From contig DASRDX010000009.1 of the NCBI GenBank assembly GCA_035652395.1, positions 144,411 through 208,410 on the forward strand: a stretch of 64,000 bases of DNA. Reading direction: 5' to 3'. This document shows, one piece after another, positions 26,129-35,216 of the stretch. The notes beneath the pieces were generated by a model. That model did not search any database. It was not told where the DNA came from and was given only the letters and a program-made list of their open reading frames with translations. How positions within the stretch are numbered: the first letter of the stretch is position 1; each line of letters starts with the position of its first letter. The position numbers and the translations under genes were made by a program. The DNA comes from Minisyncoccota bacterium. GTDB lineage: Bacteria > Patescibacteriota > Minisyncoccia > Phycocordibacterales > CAJBRS01.

Positions 26129-27625
26129 ATGGAAAAAACGGCCGAAAAATCTAATTTAAGATGGTGGATTCTGCTGACGGTCATTATTGGTACCTTTCTG
26201 GGTCGTCTCGATCAGACTATTGTTAATCTGGCTTTGCCGAAAATTATTTCCGATTTCGGCATTACCGTCTCTACGGCTGGCTGGATCGGTACTGCCTACA
26301 TTCTAGCTAACGCCGTTTTCGTGCCGATCTGGGGCAAACTTGGTGATACAATCGGCCGGAAAAAAGTTTATGTTATCGGCTTTTCCATCTTCATTCTTGG
26401 TTCAGCATTGGCCGGACTGGCTTGGAATTTTTCTTCCATGCTAGTTTTTAGAATCATTCAGGCAGTAGCCTCCTCTGCCGACTATCCGACCGCCATGGCT
26501 ATTTTAACGGTTACTTTTACTACCCAACGTGACAGAGCCCAAGCCCTCGGTATTTGGTCGAGCGCTTTCGCCGCCTCCGCCGTTTTGGGGCCGCTTATCG
26601 GCGGGCCATTGATTGACAGTTTCAGCTGGCGAATGGTCTTTTTGATTAATATTCCTATCGGTGTGATTGGAATCATTATGGCCATGATTTTCATTCGCGA
26701 ATCTGTTTCCGAACATAAAACGGTTTACTTTGACTGGTGGGGAGCTTTTCTTCTTGGGGGTGCCTTAACTTCCGTTACCTTAGTTCTTGATAAGGGAAGC
26801 GACTGGGGGTGGTTATCTGCTAGTGCTTTGCTCTGCTATTTCTTAACTGTTTTCTTGATGTGGGCCTTCATTAAAGTGGAACAAATAGTTAAAGAACCAT
26901 TAGTGGATCTACACTTCTTTAAGAACAGCATTTTTGTCAATACTCTTGTCAATAACTTCATTATTTTCATGGGCATGATTGGCTCTCTTTTTATTATTCC
27001 GATTTTTGCTCAGACATTTTTGGGTTACACCGCTACCGAAAGTGGTTACTTATTTATTCCCATGGCCGGAGCTCTGATGTTGGCGGCCCCCCTTGGGGGC
27101 CGCCTGACTGGTCGCGTCCAGCCGAAGTACGTCATTATTGCCAGTACTTTGGGCGCGGGCATTGGTCTTTATTTCTTTACTTGGATTGACCCACGTTCTA
27201 CACCGTGGGATTTGATGTTTCCGCTTATGATCATGGCCTTCTGCATGGGCTTTGGTATGGCTCAACGTACTAACATGATTGCCTCAGCCGTGCCCCAATC
27301 GGAAATTGGCGTAGCTTCTTCGGTACTAGCGTTAATAAGAAACATCGCTGGAGCTTTCGGCATCGCTATTTTTTCGGCCATTCTTACCAATTCTATTAAT
27401 TCCAGCGTGGTGAAGCTCAGTCAACATAGCACTCTTCGAAGCACCGATCCGCTGGCCGTGAAGGAATTTATCAGTTTAATTATTTTGAAAGCGGAAGTTA
27501 TGGGCTTTGCCGTAGTCTTCTGGGTCTCTTCTCTGCTAGTTATCTTTGGCGGCTTACTAGCCTTCTCCTTTAAAAAGGTAAAAATGGGCGGTGAAGATAA
27601 GGTGGAAGTCTTCGTGGAGGCATAG
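26129..27625 (+). CDS. MFS transporter, DHA2 (EmrB/QacA) family, 14 TMS
   Basis: GRLDQTIVNLALPKI, GWIGTAYILANAVFVPIWGKLGDTIGRKKV; about 14 hydrophobic segments; 498 aa. Confidence 0.8.
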   Translation: MEKTAEKSNLRWWILLTVIIGTFLGRLDQTIVNLALPKIISDFGITVSTAGWIGTAYILANAVFVPIWGKLGDTIGRKKVYVIGFSIFILGSALAGLAWNFSSMLVFRIIQAVASSADYPTAMAILTVTFTTQRDRAQALGIWSSAFAASAVLGPLIGGPLIDSFSWRMVFLINIPIGVIGIIMAMIFIRESVSEHKTVYFDWWGAFLLGGALTSVTLVLDKGSDWGWLSASALLCYFLTVFLMWAFIKVEQIVKEPLVDLHFFKNSIFVNTLVNNFIIFMGMIGSLFIIPIFAQTFLGYTATESGYLFIPMAGALMLAAPLGGRLTGRVQPKYVIIASTLGAGIGLYFFTWIDPRSTPWDLMFPLMIMAFCMGFGMAQRTNMIASAVPQSEIGVASSVLALIRNIAGAFGIAIFSAILTNSINSSVVKLSQHSTLRSTDPLAVKEFISLIILKAEVMGFAVVFWVSSLLVIFGGLLAFSFKKVKMGGEDKVEVFVEA

Positions 27626-27889
27626 AGAGGCGCTTCGCAAAACACTCCATTTTAAAAGTCCTCGGATCTCCGGCTGAATTCTTTTAAGGTCGGCCAGACT
27701 ATTTAAAATGGAGGTTATGCTCCGCTACGGAGTTGAATGCAGCAATTATTTCTATTCTAGGTCTAAACCTTTAGACAGGCAGGACGACGGCTTCGCCGCC
27801 GCCCGATTCACCGACTGGACTTCGGATGCTCTAATGTTGTAAGATTCGGGCCGGCTCTTCGTTATACAGAGTCCTAATCTCTTTATTTT

Positions 27890-28783
27890 ATGTCTAAATT
27901 TAAAACTTTTCTCCAATCTTTGATTGGAACCCTCCTTGTCAACAGTCTCCTTGTTCTAAGCCCAGTTTTGGCCCAAAGTTATCCTCAAGCTCAAAATATT
28001 GCTTCAACTTCCAATCTTTCCGAAAATTGGGCTGGCTACGTGGCTAATAGCGGTGGCTATAGCGGCGTAAACGCGACGTGGATCGTGCCTGCTGTCTCAA
28101 CCGTCAACGCCTCAAATCTCTCGGCTGACGCTATGTGGGTAGGTATTGGCGGAGTAAGTAGCACCGATCTGATCCAGGCTGGTACCCAGGCCATTATTCA
28201 AAATGGTCAGATTACTTATAAGGCCTGGTACGAAACCTTACCGAATGCGGCAGTCAATATTCCTCTTTCTATTAAGGCGGGAGACTCCATCAAGGTTGCC
28301 ATTACAGAAATATCACCGAACCTCTGGCAGATTACCTTCACCAATAACAGCACCAATCAGAGCTACACCCAGAATGTCTCATATGTTTCCAGCCACTCAT
28401 CCGCCGAATGGATTGAGGAAAGGCCAGTTGAATATTCCAGCGGTAGATTAATTCCGCTTGATAATTTCGGCACACTTTTTGTAATGAATGGTGCGGCAAT
28501 TCAAAACGGTTCTAATGTGAATATTGCCAAGACGGGAGCGACCGCCCTCACCATGACGACTTTTAGTGGCATTCTTCTGGCTTCTCCTTCGGGCTTAGTT
28601 AATGGAGACAGCTTCAGTATCAGTCGATCATCTAATCAAACAGTGATGGAGACGGTGCCGACATCCACTCCTACAACTATCCGAGTAATCCGGGTCACTT
28701 GGAGAAGGGGTAGCGATGTCACTCAAAGAGAATTCATCCGTACGTTTTTTAGTCAGTTCGGATTAAGGACAAGAACCCATTAA
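27890..28783 (+). CDS. secreted peptidase G1 (eqolisin/scytalidoglutamic peptidase)-like protein
   Basis: Signal peptide; SENWAGYVA, WVGIGG and SAEWIEERP blocks correspond to eqolisin SxNWAG, WVGIDG and the catalytic-Glu AEWIVED regions. Confidence 0.55.
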   Translation: MSKFKTFLQSLIGTLLVNSLLVLSPVLAQSYPQAQNIASTSNLSENWAGYVANSGGYSGVNATWIVPAVSTVNASNLSADAMWVGIGGVSSTDLIQAGTQAIIQNGQITYKAWYETLPNAAVNIPLSIKAGDSIKVAITEISPNLWQITFTNNSTNQSYTQNVSYVSSHSSAEWIEERPVEYSSGRLIPLDNFGTLFVMNGAAIQNGSNVNIAKTGATALTMTTFSGILLASPSGLVNGDSFSISRSSNQTVMETVPTSTPTTIRVIRVTWRRGSDVTQREFIRTFFSQFGLRTRTH

Positions 28784-28856
28784 AAATTAATAAAATCTCT
28801 TGAACTATGGCTAAACTAGCCATAGTTAAAGTTAAGGAAGAACCTTAAAAAATTAT

Positions 28857-29474
28857 ATGGTATATAACGAATTAGCCAGCCAGGAAGCGTTGGACAGAAC
28901 AGTAGCGGGTCTCCGAGAACGGAACGTTGAAGCAATAGTGGTAGAAAACAAGTCGGAAGCTCTGGAGAAAATTAAGAAAATAATTCCAGCCGGCGCGGGA
29001 GTAATGATGGGGGCCTCCGTTACGCTGGAAGAAATTGGTCTGGTAGATTATTTAAAAGAAGGAAAACATCCTTGGCAGAACCTGCGTGGGAAAATCTTGG
29101 AAGAAAAAGATCCCGCCAAGCAAGCTCAAATGCGTCGCGAGGCCACTTTGGCTGACTATTATTTGGGGAGCGTTCATGGTCTTAGTGAGGAAGGGGAATT
29201 TGTAATTGCTTCTAATACTGGCAGCCAGCTTCCCGGCATAGTATTCAATTCTCCGAATTTGATTTTCGTCGTCGGGGCGCAAAAGATAGTACCGACCCTG
29301 GAAGAGGCCAGAAAGCGGCTAAAAGAGTATGTAGTACCACTGGAAGACAAACACATGCACGATTTATACAATATCGGCACGCATCTTTCGAAGGAAGTAA
29401 TTTTCCACTATGAAAACCCGATAGGCAATCGCCACGTTCGCCTGATTATTGTTAAGGAAAAGCTCGGATTTTAA
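28857..29474 (+). CDS. LUD (lactate-utilisation, YkgG/DUF162) domain protein
   Basis: 205-aa ORF; VIASNTGSQLPGIVFNSPNLIFVVGAQKIV is typical of the LUD fold (family call from memory). Confidence 0.55.
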   Translation: MVYNELASQEALDRTVAGLRERNVEAIVVENKSEALEKIKKIIPAGAGVMMGASVTLEEIGLVDYLKEGKHPWQNLRGKILEEKDPAKQAQMRREATLADYYLGSVHGLSEEGEFVIASNTGSQLPGIVFNSPNLIFVVGAQKIVPTLEEARKRLKEYVVPLEDKHMHDLYNIGTHLSKEVIFHYENPIGNRHVRLIIVKEKLGF

Positions 29475-29511
29475 TTGGGGACATAATCTTGACATAGAAA
29501 GGCGGAGAGGA

Positions 29512-29545
29512 CAGAGGGGCCGCAAAGCGGCCCCTCTGTTTCATG
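29512..29545 (+). terminator. intrinsic terminator: cagaggggccgc-aaa-gcggcccctctg followed by TTTCAT
   Basis: 12-bp stem; the T-run is weak. Confidence 0.45.
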
Positions 29546-29559
29546 ATACAATTTATATA

Positions 29560-30585
29560 ATGAGAATTTGGAAAAGACTATTAACTTTTTTCTTTTTTCT
29601 TTTTTCTCCGGTTTTAGTCTTTGCTCACGAAGTCTATGTGCTGCCGAAAGGAGTCATTGCCGAAGGGTTACATGATGAGAGTATTCATCCTTTTGACGCC
29701 CTAAAAGATCCAGCAAATTTAAAAACCACTCTAATTATTGCCGCCTGTATCTTATTAGGCCTTATTTTAAATTTCTTTTTCCAGCACTCGGCTTTGGGGA
29801 AACGCTGGGCTCGATTTTGGAATTATCTTAACCCTATCGGACCACTCCTAATCCGTCTGGTGGTGGCAATTTCGTTTTTCTATTCAGCCTATAGCTTAAG
29901 TTTTCTCGGACCGGAATTGTCTCTGACCGCCTTTCCGTTTTGGGTTGTTGTCCAAATTGTTTTATACATTTTGAGTATTTTTATATTCTTCGGTTTATTC
30001 ACGGAGTATGCCGCTATTTTGTCGTTAATAATCTTTGGGCTAGCCGTTTCAGTTTTTCACCTCTATATGATGACCTACATCAATTATGTAGGAGAATTCC
30101 TTGTTCTTATGGCGTTTGGCGCTCGCACTTATTCGCTGGACGGTTTACTTTTTGGACCATCGGGCTGGATGGAAAAATACAGAAAGTATGAAAATCTTTT
30201 TCTGCGATTTTGTTTTGGCTTTGGCTTAGTTTACGCGGCCATCAATATTAAATTTATTCACGCCATCCTTACTTTAGATGTGGTCAATGATTATCATCTG
30301 ACTCAATTTCATCTGCTTTTTCCTCATGACCCACTGTTAGTAGTGCTTGGAGCCGGTTTAGCTGAAATTGCCATTGGTCTTTTTATTATTTTTGGTTTCC
30401 AGCTGCGCCTGACCCTCATCGTGATGCTCTTTTATGTGACTTTATCCTTGATCTTTTTCCGCGAGCTGGTCTGGCCACACTATATTCTCTATGGAATCGG
30501 GCTCAACCTGATTTTTGCCCCCAACCTTTACAGTTTGGATAGCTGGTTCGACCGATTTTTCAAAAACCCTTATTTTAAGCCGTAA
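29560..30585 (+). CDS. polytopic membrane protein (about 341 aa; start placed at MRIWKRLL inside ORF 29449..30585)
   Basis: The ORF track start lies upstream of the preceding terminator. The internal ATG at 29560 precedes a signal/TM segment. There are 8 or more hydrophobic segments. Confidence 0.6.
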   Translation: MRIWKRLLTFFFFLFSPVLVFAHEVYVLPKGVIAEGLHDESIHPFDALKDPANLKTTLIIAACILLGLILNFFFQHSALGKRWARFWNYLNPIGPLLIRLVVAISFFYSAYSLSFLGPELSLTAFPFWVVVQIVLYILSIFIFFGLFTEYAAILSLIIFGLAVSVFHLYMMTYINYVGEFLVLMAFGARTYSLDGLLFGPSGWMEKYRKYENLFLRFCFGFGLVYAAINIKFIHAILTLDVVNDYHLTQFHLLFPHDPLLVVLGAGLAEIAIGLFIIFGFQLRLTLIVMLFYVTLSLIFFRELVWPHYILYGIGLNLIFAPNLYSLDSWFDRFFKNPYFKP

Positions 30586-30681
30586 ATTCGGGGAAGAAAT
30601 ACGTCATGGCTTAATGTTTCGTCAGCGGACATGATATAATTTTAAAGTTAAATTAGCTTTAACCATTTATAATTAGCACAT

Positions 30682-30933
30682 ATGTCAAAAACGACTAGAA
30701 CAGTTTTATGGATTATTTTAATAGTTATTGTAATCGCCCTGATTGTTTGGATGTACTCCAATCAGAGCCTAACCAATACAACCAATAAGGAAAGCAATAG
30801 TGCGGCAGTCATTGAAGCCACCACTCTTTCGCGCGGAAATTCCGATGCCGATCTTGATCAGGATTTCGCCAAGATTGATACTCAGATGAGAGGCTTAGAT
30901 AATGATTATAATGCTGCCAATCAGAATCCATAA
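30682..30933 (+). CDS. small membrane-anchored protein (83 aa)
   Basis: N-terminal TM segment TVLWIILIVIVIALIVWMY. Confidence 0.45.
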   Translation: MSKTTRTVLWIILIVIVIALIVWMYSNQSLTNTTNKESNSAAVIEATTLSRGNSDADLDQDFAKIDTQMRGLDNDYNAANQNP

Positions 30934-30956
30934 TTATTATTAAAATATCTTAAATC

Positions 30957-31859
30957 ATGAAAAAATTTACTCTTGCAACTTTTCTTTTGTTGTCGCTACT
31001 CATCGGTAGTACTAGTCACGTTTTAGCTGACAGTCAGGGATCTACAGGATCCAGCAGTTTCCTGAAATTCATATCACAAGCTTTTATTCGGCGGGGAGGG
31101 GATCATATGATGGGCACTACCACTGTTAAAGCTTCTACTACTGTTCGTGATGATTTTCGAGCCCGCTTGGCTTCCTCCACTGCCTCAACCACTCTGGAGG
31201 CCAGCGCCAAAGCTAAAGCAGACGACGCTATTAATAAACGAATCAATTCTCTAAATCAATTGAGTGCACGAGTGGCAGCTATGGCAAAACTTTCCACTAC
31301 CACTAAGGCCAGTCTGGCTGCTTCAATTCAGGCTTCCATTACAGACATGACAAATCTGAAAACTAAAATCGACGCCGATACTGATGCCGCCGTTTTGAAA
31401 ACCGATATTGCTTCCATTACTGCCTCTTATCGAATTTATGCCTTAGTTATTCCTCAAGTCGAGATCGCAGTTGCGGCTGATCGAACAGACACTCTCGTAG
31501 ACATGATGAACATAGTGGCTGGCAAATTCCAGAGCAGGATTACCGCGGCCACTAATGCCGGCAAAGATACCGCATCGCTCAACATAGCCCTTAGTGATTA
31601 CCAAGCCAAAATTGCTGACGCTAAAATACAAGCGAATGCTGCCGCCTCTCTTGTTGTTTCTTTAAGTCCGGATAATCGGGATAAGAATAAAGCCGAATCT
31701 AATAAGCAGGCTTTGCAATCGGCCCGCGCCAAACTAAAAGCAGCCAGAATTGATCTGAAGACCGCTCGCGATGATGCGGAAACTATTCGACGAGGTCTTA
31801 GATCTTTCGGTAGAATTGGAGTGACTGCAAGCAGCAGCGCAAGCTCAACCACTCATTAA
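30957..31859 (+). CDS. secreted Ala/Thr-rich coiled-coil protein (DUF5667-like?)
   Basis: Signal peptide MKKFTLATFLLLSLLIGSTSHVLA; low-complexity helical repeats. Confidence 0.6.
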   Translation: MKKFTLATFLLLSLLIGSTSHVLADSQGSTGSSSFLKFISQAFIRRGGDHMMGTTTVKASTTVRDDFRARLASSTASTTLEASAKAKADDAINKRINSLNQLSARVAAMAKLSTTTKASLAASIQASITDMTNLKTKIDADTDAAVLKTDIASITASYRIYALVIPQVEIAVAADRTDTLVDMMNIVAGKFQSRITAATNAGKDTASLNIALSDYQAKIADAKIQANAAASLVVSLSPDNRDKNKAESNKQALQSARAKLKAARIDLKTARDDAETIRRGLRSFGRIGVTASSSASSTTH

Positions 31860-31881
31860 TAACCACATCGGGGAAGTGAAA

Positions 31882-31912
31882 ACGGCCCTCGCTTCGCGAG
31901 GGCCGTTTTGTT
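31882..31912 (+). terminator. intrinsic terminator: acggccctcgc-ttc-gcgagggccgt followed by TTTGTT
   Basis: Perfect 11-bp stem and T-run; followed by TTATAAT. Confidence 0.7.
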
Positions 31913-31925
31913 ATAATTATTTTTC

Positions 31926-32351
31926 ATGAAAAATCTCGCCAGAAGCTACGGACTTTACCTCGGCTGGATTATTTCCTTGGTTGCCCTCGGAGGCAGTCTA
32001 TATTTTAGCAACGTCTTGAATCTCCCACCATGCGTGCTTTGCTGGTATCAGCGCATCTGCATGTATCCTTTAGTCCTTATTTTGGCCGTCGGTTTGCTTC
32101 GAAAGGATCAGAAAGTTTATCTCTACGTTTTACCTTTTTCAATTATTGGATTTGTGATTGCTCTTTACCACAATCTTCTCTATTACAATATTATTCCGGA
32201 AAGTCTGGCTCCCTGCACGGCCGGAGTCTCGTGCACCACTCGTCTTATCGAATGGTTTGGATTTATTACTATTCCATTACTTTCACTTATCGCCTTTACT
32301 TTAATTACCGTTATAATGTTCATATATCGTTATTATCAGAAGCAAGATTAA
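31926..32351 (+). CDS. dsbB: disulfide bond formation protein B (BdbC/DsbB family)
   Basis: Four TM segments; CVLCWYQRIC pair in the first periplasmic loop; second Cys pair (APCTAGVSC). Confidence 0.65.
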   Translation: MKNLARSYGLYLGWIISLVALGGSLYFSNVLNLPPCVLCWYQRICMYPLVLILAVGLLRKDQKVYLYVLPFSIIGFVIALYHNLLYYNIIPESLAPCTAGVSCTTRLIEWFGFITIPLLSLIAFTLITVIMFIYRYYQKQD

Positions 32352-32367
32352 GAGAAACATAAAATTT

Positions 32368-33027
32368 ATGTCTAAAGAATCTATTATCATCACTACCATC
32401 GGAGTAATCTTTTTAATTGTCATGGGCGTTTTAATTGTTAAAAATTCTTCTTCCGCTCCGGTAACTACTGTTAGCGGTGATCAGCAAACTTTGCTGCTGG
32501 GCGTAAACAGTCACATGACTGGAAGTTCCAGTGCCAAAGTTACCATGGTGGAATTCGGAGACTATCAATGTCCAGCCTGTGGGGCGGCTTATCCAACCAT
32601 CAAGAATGTCACTGACTTTTATCAAAATAATCCAAATTTCAACTTTATTTTCCGAAATTTTCCTCTGCCTCAACACCAGTATGCCAAAATCAGCGCCGAA
32701 GCGGCCGAAGCGGCCGGCGCTCAGGGCAAATACTGGCAGATGCATGATCTTCTTTACGAGAATCAGAGCGCTTGGGATCCGTCTGTTACTCAGGATCCGC
32801 TTGCCGTTTTTGTCACCTATGCCGAACAATTGGGACTAGATGTCAACAAATTTAAAACCGATGTTCAGAACAACGCCCATGTTGATCGCATTAACGCCGA
32901 TCTGGCCGACGTTCAGAAACTCGGACTTGATCATACGCCCACGGTTTACATTAATGGAGAAGAAGTAGATAAAAATCTGACTGTAGCCGCTCTAAAAGCC
33001 AAGATTGACAGTCTCTTAGCCAAATAA
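32368..33027 (+). CDS. dsbA: DsbA/BdbD-family thiol:disulfide oxidoreductase
   Basis: N-terminal TM anchor; thioredoxin-fold VEFGDYQCPACGAAYP active site. Confidence 0.75.
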   Translation: MSKESIIITTIGVIFLIVMGVLIVKNSSSAPVTTVSGDQQTLLLGVNSHMTGSSSAKVTMVEFGDYQCPACGAAYPTIKNVTDFYQNNPNFNFIFRNFPLPQHQYAKISAEAAEAAGAQGKYWQMHDLLYENQSAWDPSVTQDPLAVFVTYAEQLGLDVNKFKTDVQNNAHVDRINADLADVQKLGLDHTPTVYINGEEVDKNLTVAALKAKIDSLLAK

Positions 33028-33028
33028 T

Positions 33029-33625
33029 ATGTCTTTTCAAACCCGGCATCGTTTCCTGTTGCCGTTTCTCTTCTGGCTTTTTCCAGCCACCATTATCAGT
33101 CTGGTGGCTGGTCTAATTTACGTCAGTGTTCAGCAAAATTATCGACAATCGGCTAATGATCCTCAAATAAGTATCGTTGAAGACGCCAGCGAGTTTTTAG
33201 CTTCTGGCACCCCTCCAGAGCTATTAGTTGGACCATCTCAAATTGATATTGCCAAAAGTCTTGGGGTCTTCCTGATTGCCTACGACAATCTGGGTCACCC
33301 TTTAGCCTCATCAGCCACTCTTAATGGTCTCATCCCTGTGCCACCGCTCGGTGTTTTTGAATATGTTCAAAAAAATGGAGAAGATCGGATAACTTGGCAA
33401 CCTCAAAAAACTGTTCGAATTGCCGCCGTCATTACTTCTTATACGAGTTCTTCAAGCTCTGGCTTTGTCTTAGCCGGTCGCTCGCTGCGCGAAGTAGAAA
33501 ATCGGGAAAGTCAGCTTAGCTGGAGCGTAATTACAGTCTGGGCGCTAGTTATGTTGATCTCTTTAATTGGAGTAGAGGTAATTTTCAACTTTGTTTTAAA
33601 AATCGGAGATGAAGAAAAGAGTTAA
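33029..33625 (+). CDS. hypothetical membrane-anchored protein (198 aa)
   Basis: ORF with N- and C-terminal hydrophobic segments. Confidence 0.5.
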   Translation: MSFQTRHRFLLPFLFWLFPATIISLVAGLIYVSVQQNYRQSANDPQISIVEDASEFLASGTPPELLVGPSQIDIAKSLGVFLIAYDNLGHPLASSATLNGLIPVPPLGVFEYVQKNGEDRITWQPQKTVRIAAVITSYTSSSSSGFVLAGRSLREVENRESQLSWSVITVWALVMLISLIGVEVIFNFVLKIGDEEKS

Positions 33626-33725
33626 TTGGTTTGCCGCGGCGAAGAAGAAAGCAAAAATGGCCGGATTGTTTTGGGCGGCGTCCAAAAATGACAGGCTTTT
33701 GGACAGATTAAAGAGCTTTCATTTT

Positions 33726-33983
33726 CTATCGGCTCTTCCGGCCGCCCTTTTTTCGTCCCTTGCGCCCACCCTTTCGGCCACCTTTACGCATTGAGCTTTT
33801 ATTCTGCTTCTTGCCTCTGCCGCTGCCGCTTTTCTTGCCGCCGCGATCACTCTTATTAACCGTCGCCCAAGCTCGCTTTTTCGCCTCTTTTTTTGAAACT
33901 CCGCGTTTTTCGTAGCCTTCTTCGATATGATCGGCCTTGCGTTTTTGTTTATTAGTATATTTTTTCTTACTGCCTCTAGCCAT
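33726..33983 (-). CDS. small highly basic KGG-repeat protein (stress-protein/YciG-like)
   Basis: 85 aa, Lys/Arg-rich, with RKGGRKGGRKGRKKGGRKSR. Confidence 0.5.
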   Translation of the reverse strand: MARGSKKKYTNKQKRKADHIEEGYEKRGVSKKEAKKRAWATVNKSDRGGKKSGSGRGKKQNKSSMRKGGRKGGRKGRKKGGRKSR

Positions 33984-34099
33984 AGTGTTTAGGTACTCCG
34001 TACAATGTACTTTGTACTGTTTAAATTAATAAACGACCTTCATGAATTTTGACGCATTAAAAGCGCCGACCTTACCGGAAAATGTGTTAAAATAATTTC

Positions 34100-34429
34100 A
34101 TGAGTCGTCACTACTGGTTTAGACCAAAAAGATGGGGAGAATTTGCCGTATATTATCCGGTTAATTTCCCCGGCTGGGTGGTGACTTTGGCTTGTCTGTT
34201 CTTTCTGGTCTATCTATTTATAGTTGACCTCTGGATTGCCTATCCGCTCGGTGGCGGATTTTTGCACTTTTTGCTGGAAGCGGTTACTATCTTTTTAATA
34301 TACGATTTATTTTGTTTCAGAGCCGGTGAATATCCAAGCTGGTGGCACGGTCGTCACTGGAGGCACAAAGTCCACCGACATCATCCGGCCAATCGAGCCC
34401 ATCGAGAACGTTTAAGAGCTGATCGCTAA
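34100..34429 (+). CDS. small membrane protein with His/Arg-rich C-terminus
   Basis: Two TM segments; C-terminal HGRHWRHKVHRHHPANRAHRER. Confidence 0.45.
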   Translation: MSRHYWFRPKRWGEFAVYYPVNFPGWVVTLACLFFLVYLFIVDLWIAYPLGGGFLHFLLEAVTIFLIYDLFCFRAGEYPSWWHGRHWRHKVHRHHPANRAHRERLRADR

Positions 34430-34435
34430 AACAAT

Positions 34436-34702
34436 ATGGAAAAGACATTTAAAGAGAAAGTTTATAAAGTGGTTAAAAAAATTCCCAAAGGCAAGGTTTT
34501 AACTTACAAAGAAGTAGCCATGAAAATTGGCCATCCAAAGGCTTATCGGGCTGTTGGCACCATTTTAAGTCAGAATTACCAGAAGGATGTACCGTGTCAC
34601 CGAGTTATTCGTACTGACGGCAAAATTGGGAATTATAATCGAGGAGGGGCTTCAGCCAAAAGAAGGATTTTAATCAAGGAAGGATATAAAATTAACAATT
34701 AA
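34436..34702 (+). CDS. MGMT-family protein (stand-alone methylated-DNA-protein-cysteine methyltransferase DNA-binding/active-site domain)
   Basis: VLTYKEVA...PCHRVIRTDGKIGNY carries the PCHRV active-site motif with the Cys retained. Confidence 0.7.
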   Translation: MEKTFKEKVYKVVKKIPKGKVLTYKEVAMKIGHPKAYRAVGTILSQNYQKDVPCHRVIRTDGKIGNYNRGGASAKRRILIKEGYKINN

Positions 34703-34712
34703 AAATAATCTT

Positions 34713-35216
34713 ATGAATCGTAATCAAGGAGTAGCAGTGGGGGTAGCCATCGCAGCGGTCGTTTTGTTTTTAGTTTACAGTTATTTTAATGGAATTATTC
34801 AAAAACCAGTAGCATTTAATATGACTCAATCAAATTCATCATCAACAGAGGCCGAAAACGGCACCACCACAGCGAGCGGTCTCGGCATCAAAGATGTGGT
34901 ATTAGGAGCTGGAGAAGCAGCTTCGGCAGGAGATACAGTTACGGTTAATTACATTGGCACTTTCACTAACGGCACTAAATTTGACAGTTCTTATGATCAT
35001 GGCCAGCCATTTACTTTCGTCTTGGGTTCGGGGCAGGTTATTTCCGGCTGGGATCAGGGAATTGTCGGTATGAAAGTTGGAGGCAAACGCGATCTAGTCA
35101 TTCCGCCTAATCTTGGTTACGGTCCAAATCCGGTCGGCCCGATTCCGGGGAACTCCACTCTTCTTTTTGAAGTGGAACTTCTGAACGTCTCACACGCTCC
35201 GGCAGTCAATCAGTAG
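34713..35216 (+). CDS. FKBP-type peptidyl-prolyl cis-trans isomerase with N-terminal TM anchor
   Basis: GDTVTVNYIGTFTNGTKFDSSYDHGQPFTFVLGSGQVISGWDQGIVGMKVGGKR. Confidence 0.85.
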   Translation: MNRNQGVAVGVAIAAVVLFLVYSYFNGIIQKPVAFNMTQSNSSSTEAENGTTTASGLGIKDVVLGAGEAASAGDTVTVNYIGTFTNGTKFDSSYDHGQPFTFVLGSGQVISGWDQGIVGMKVGGKRDLVIPPNLGYGPNPVGPIPGNSTLLFEVELLNVSHAPAVNQ

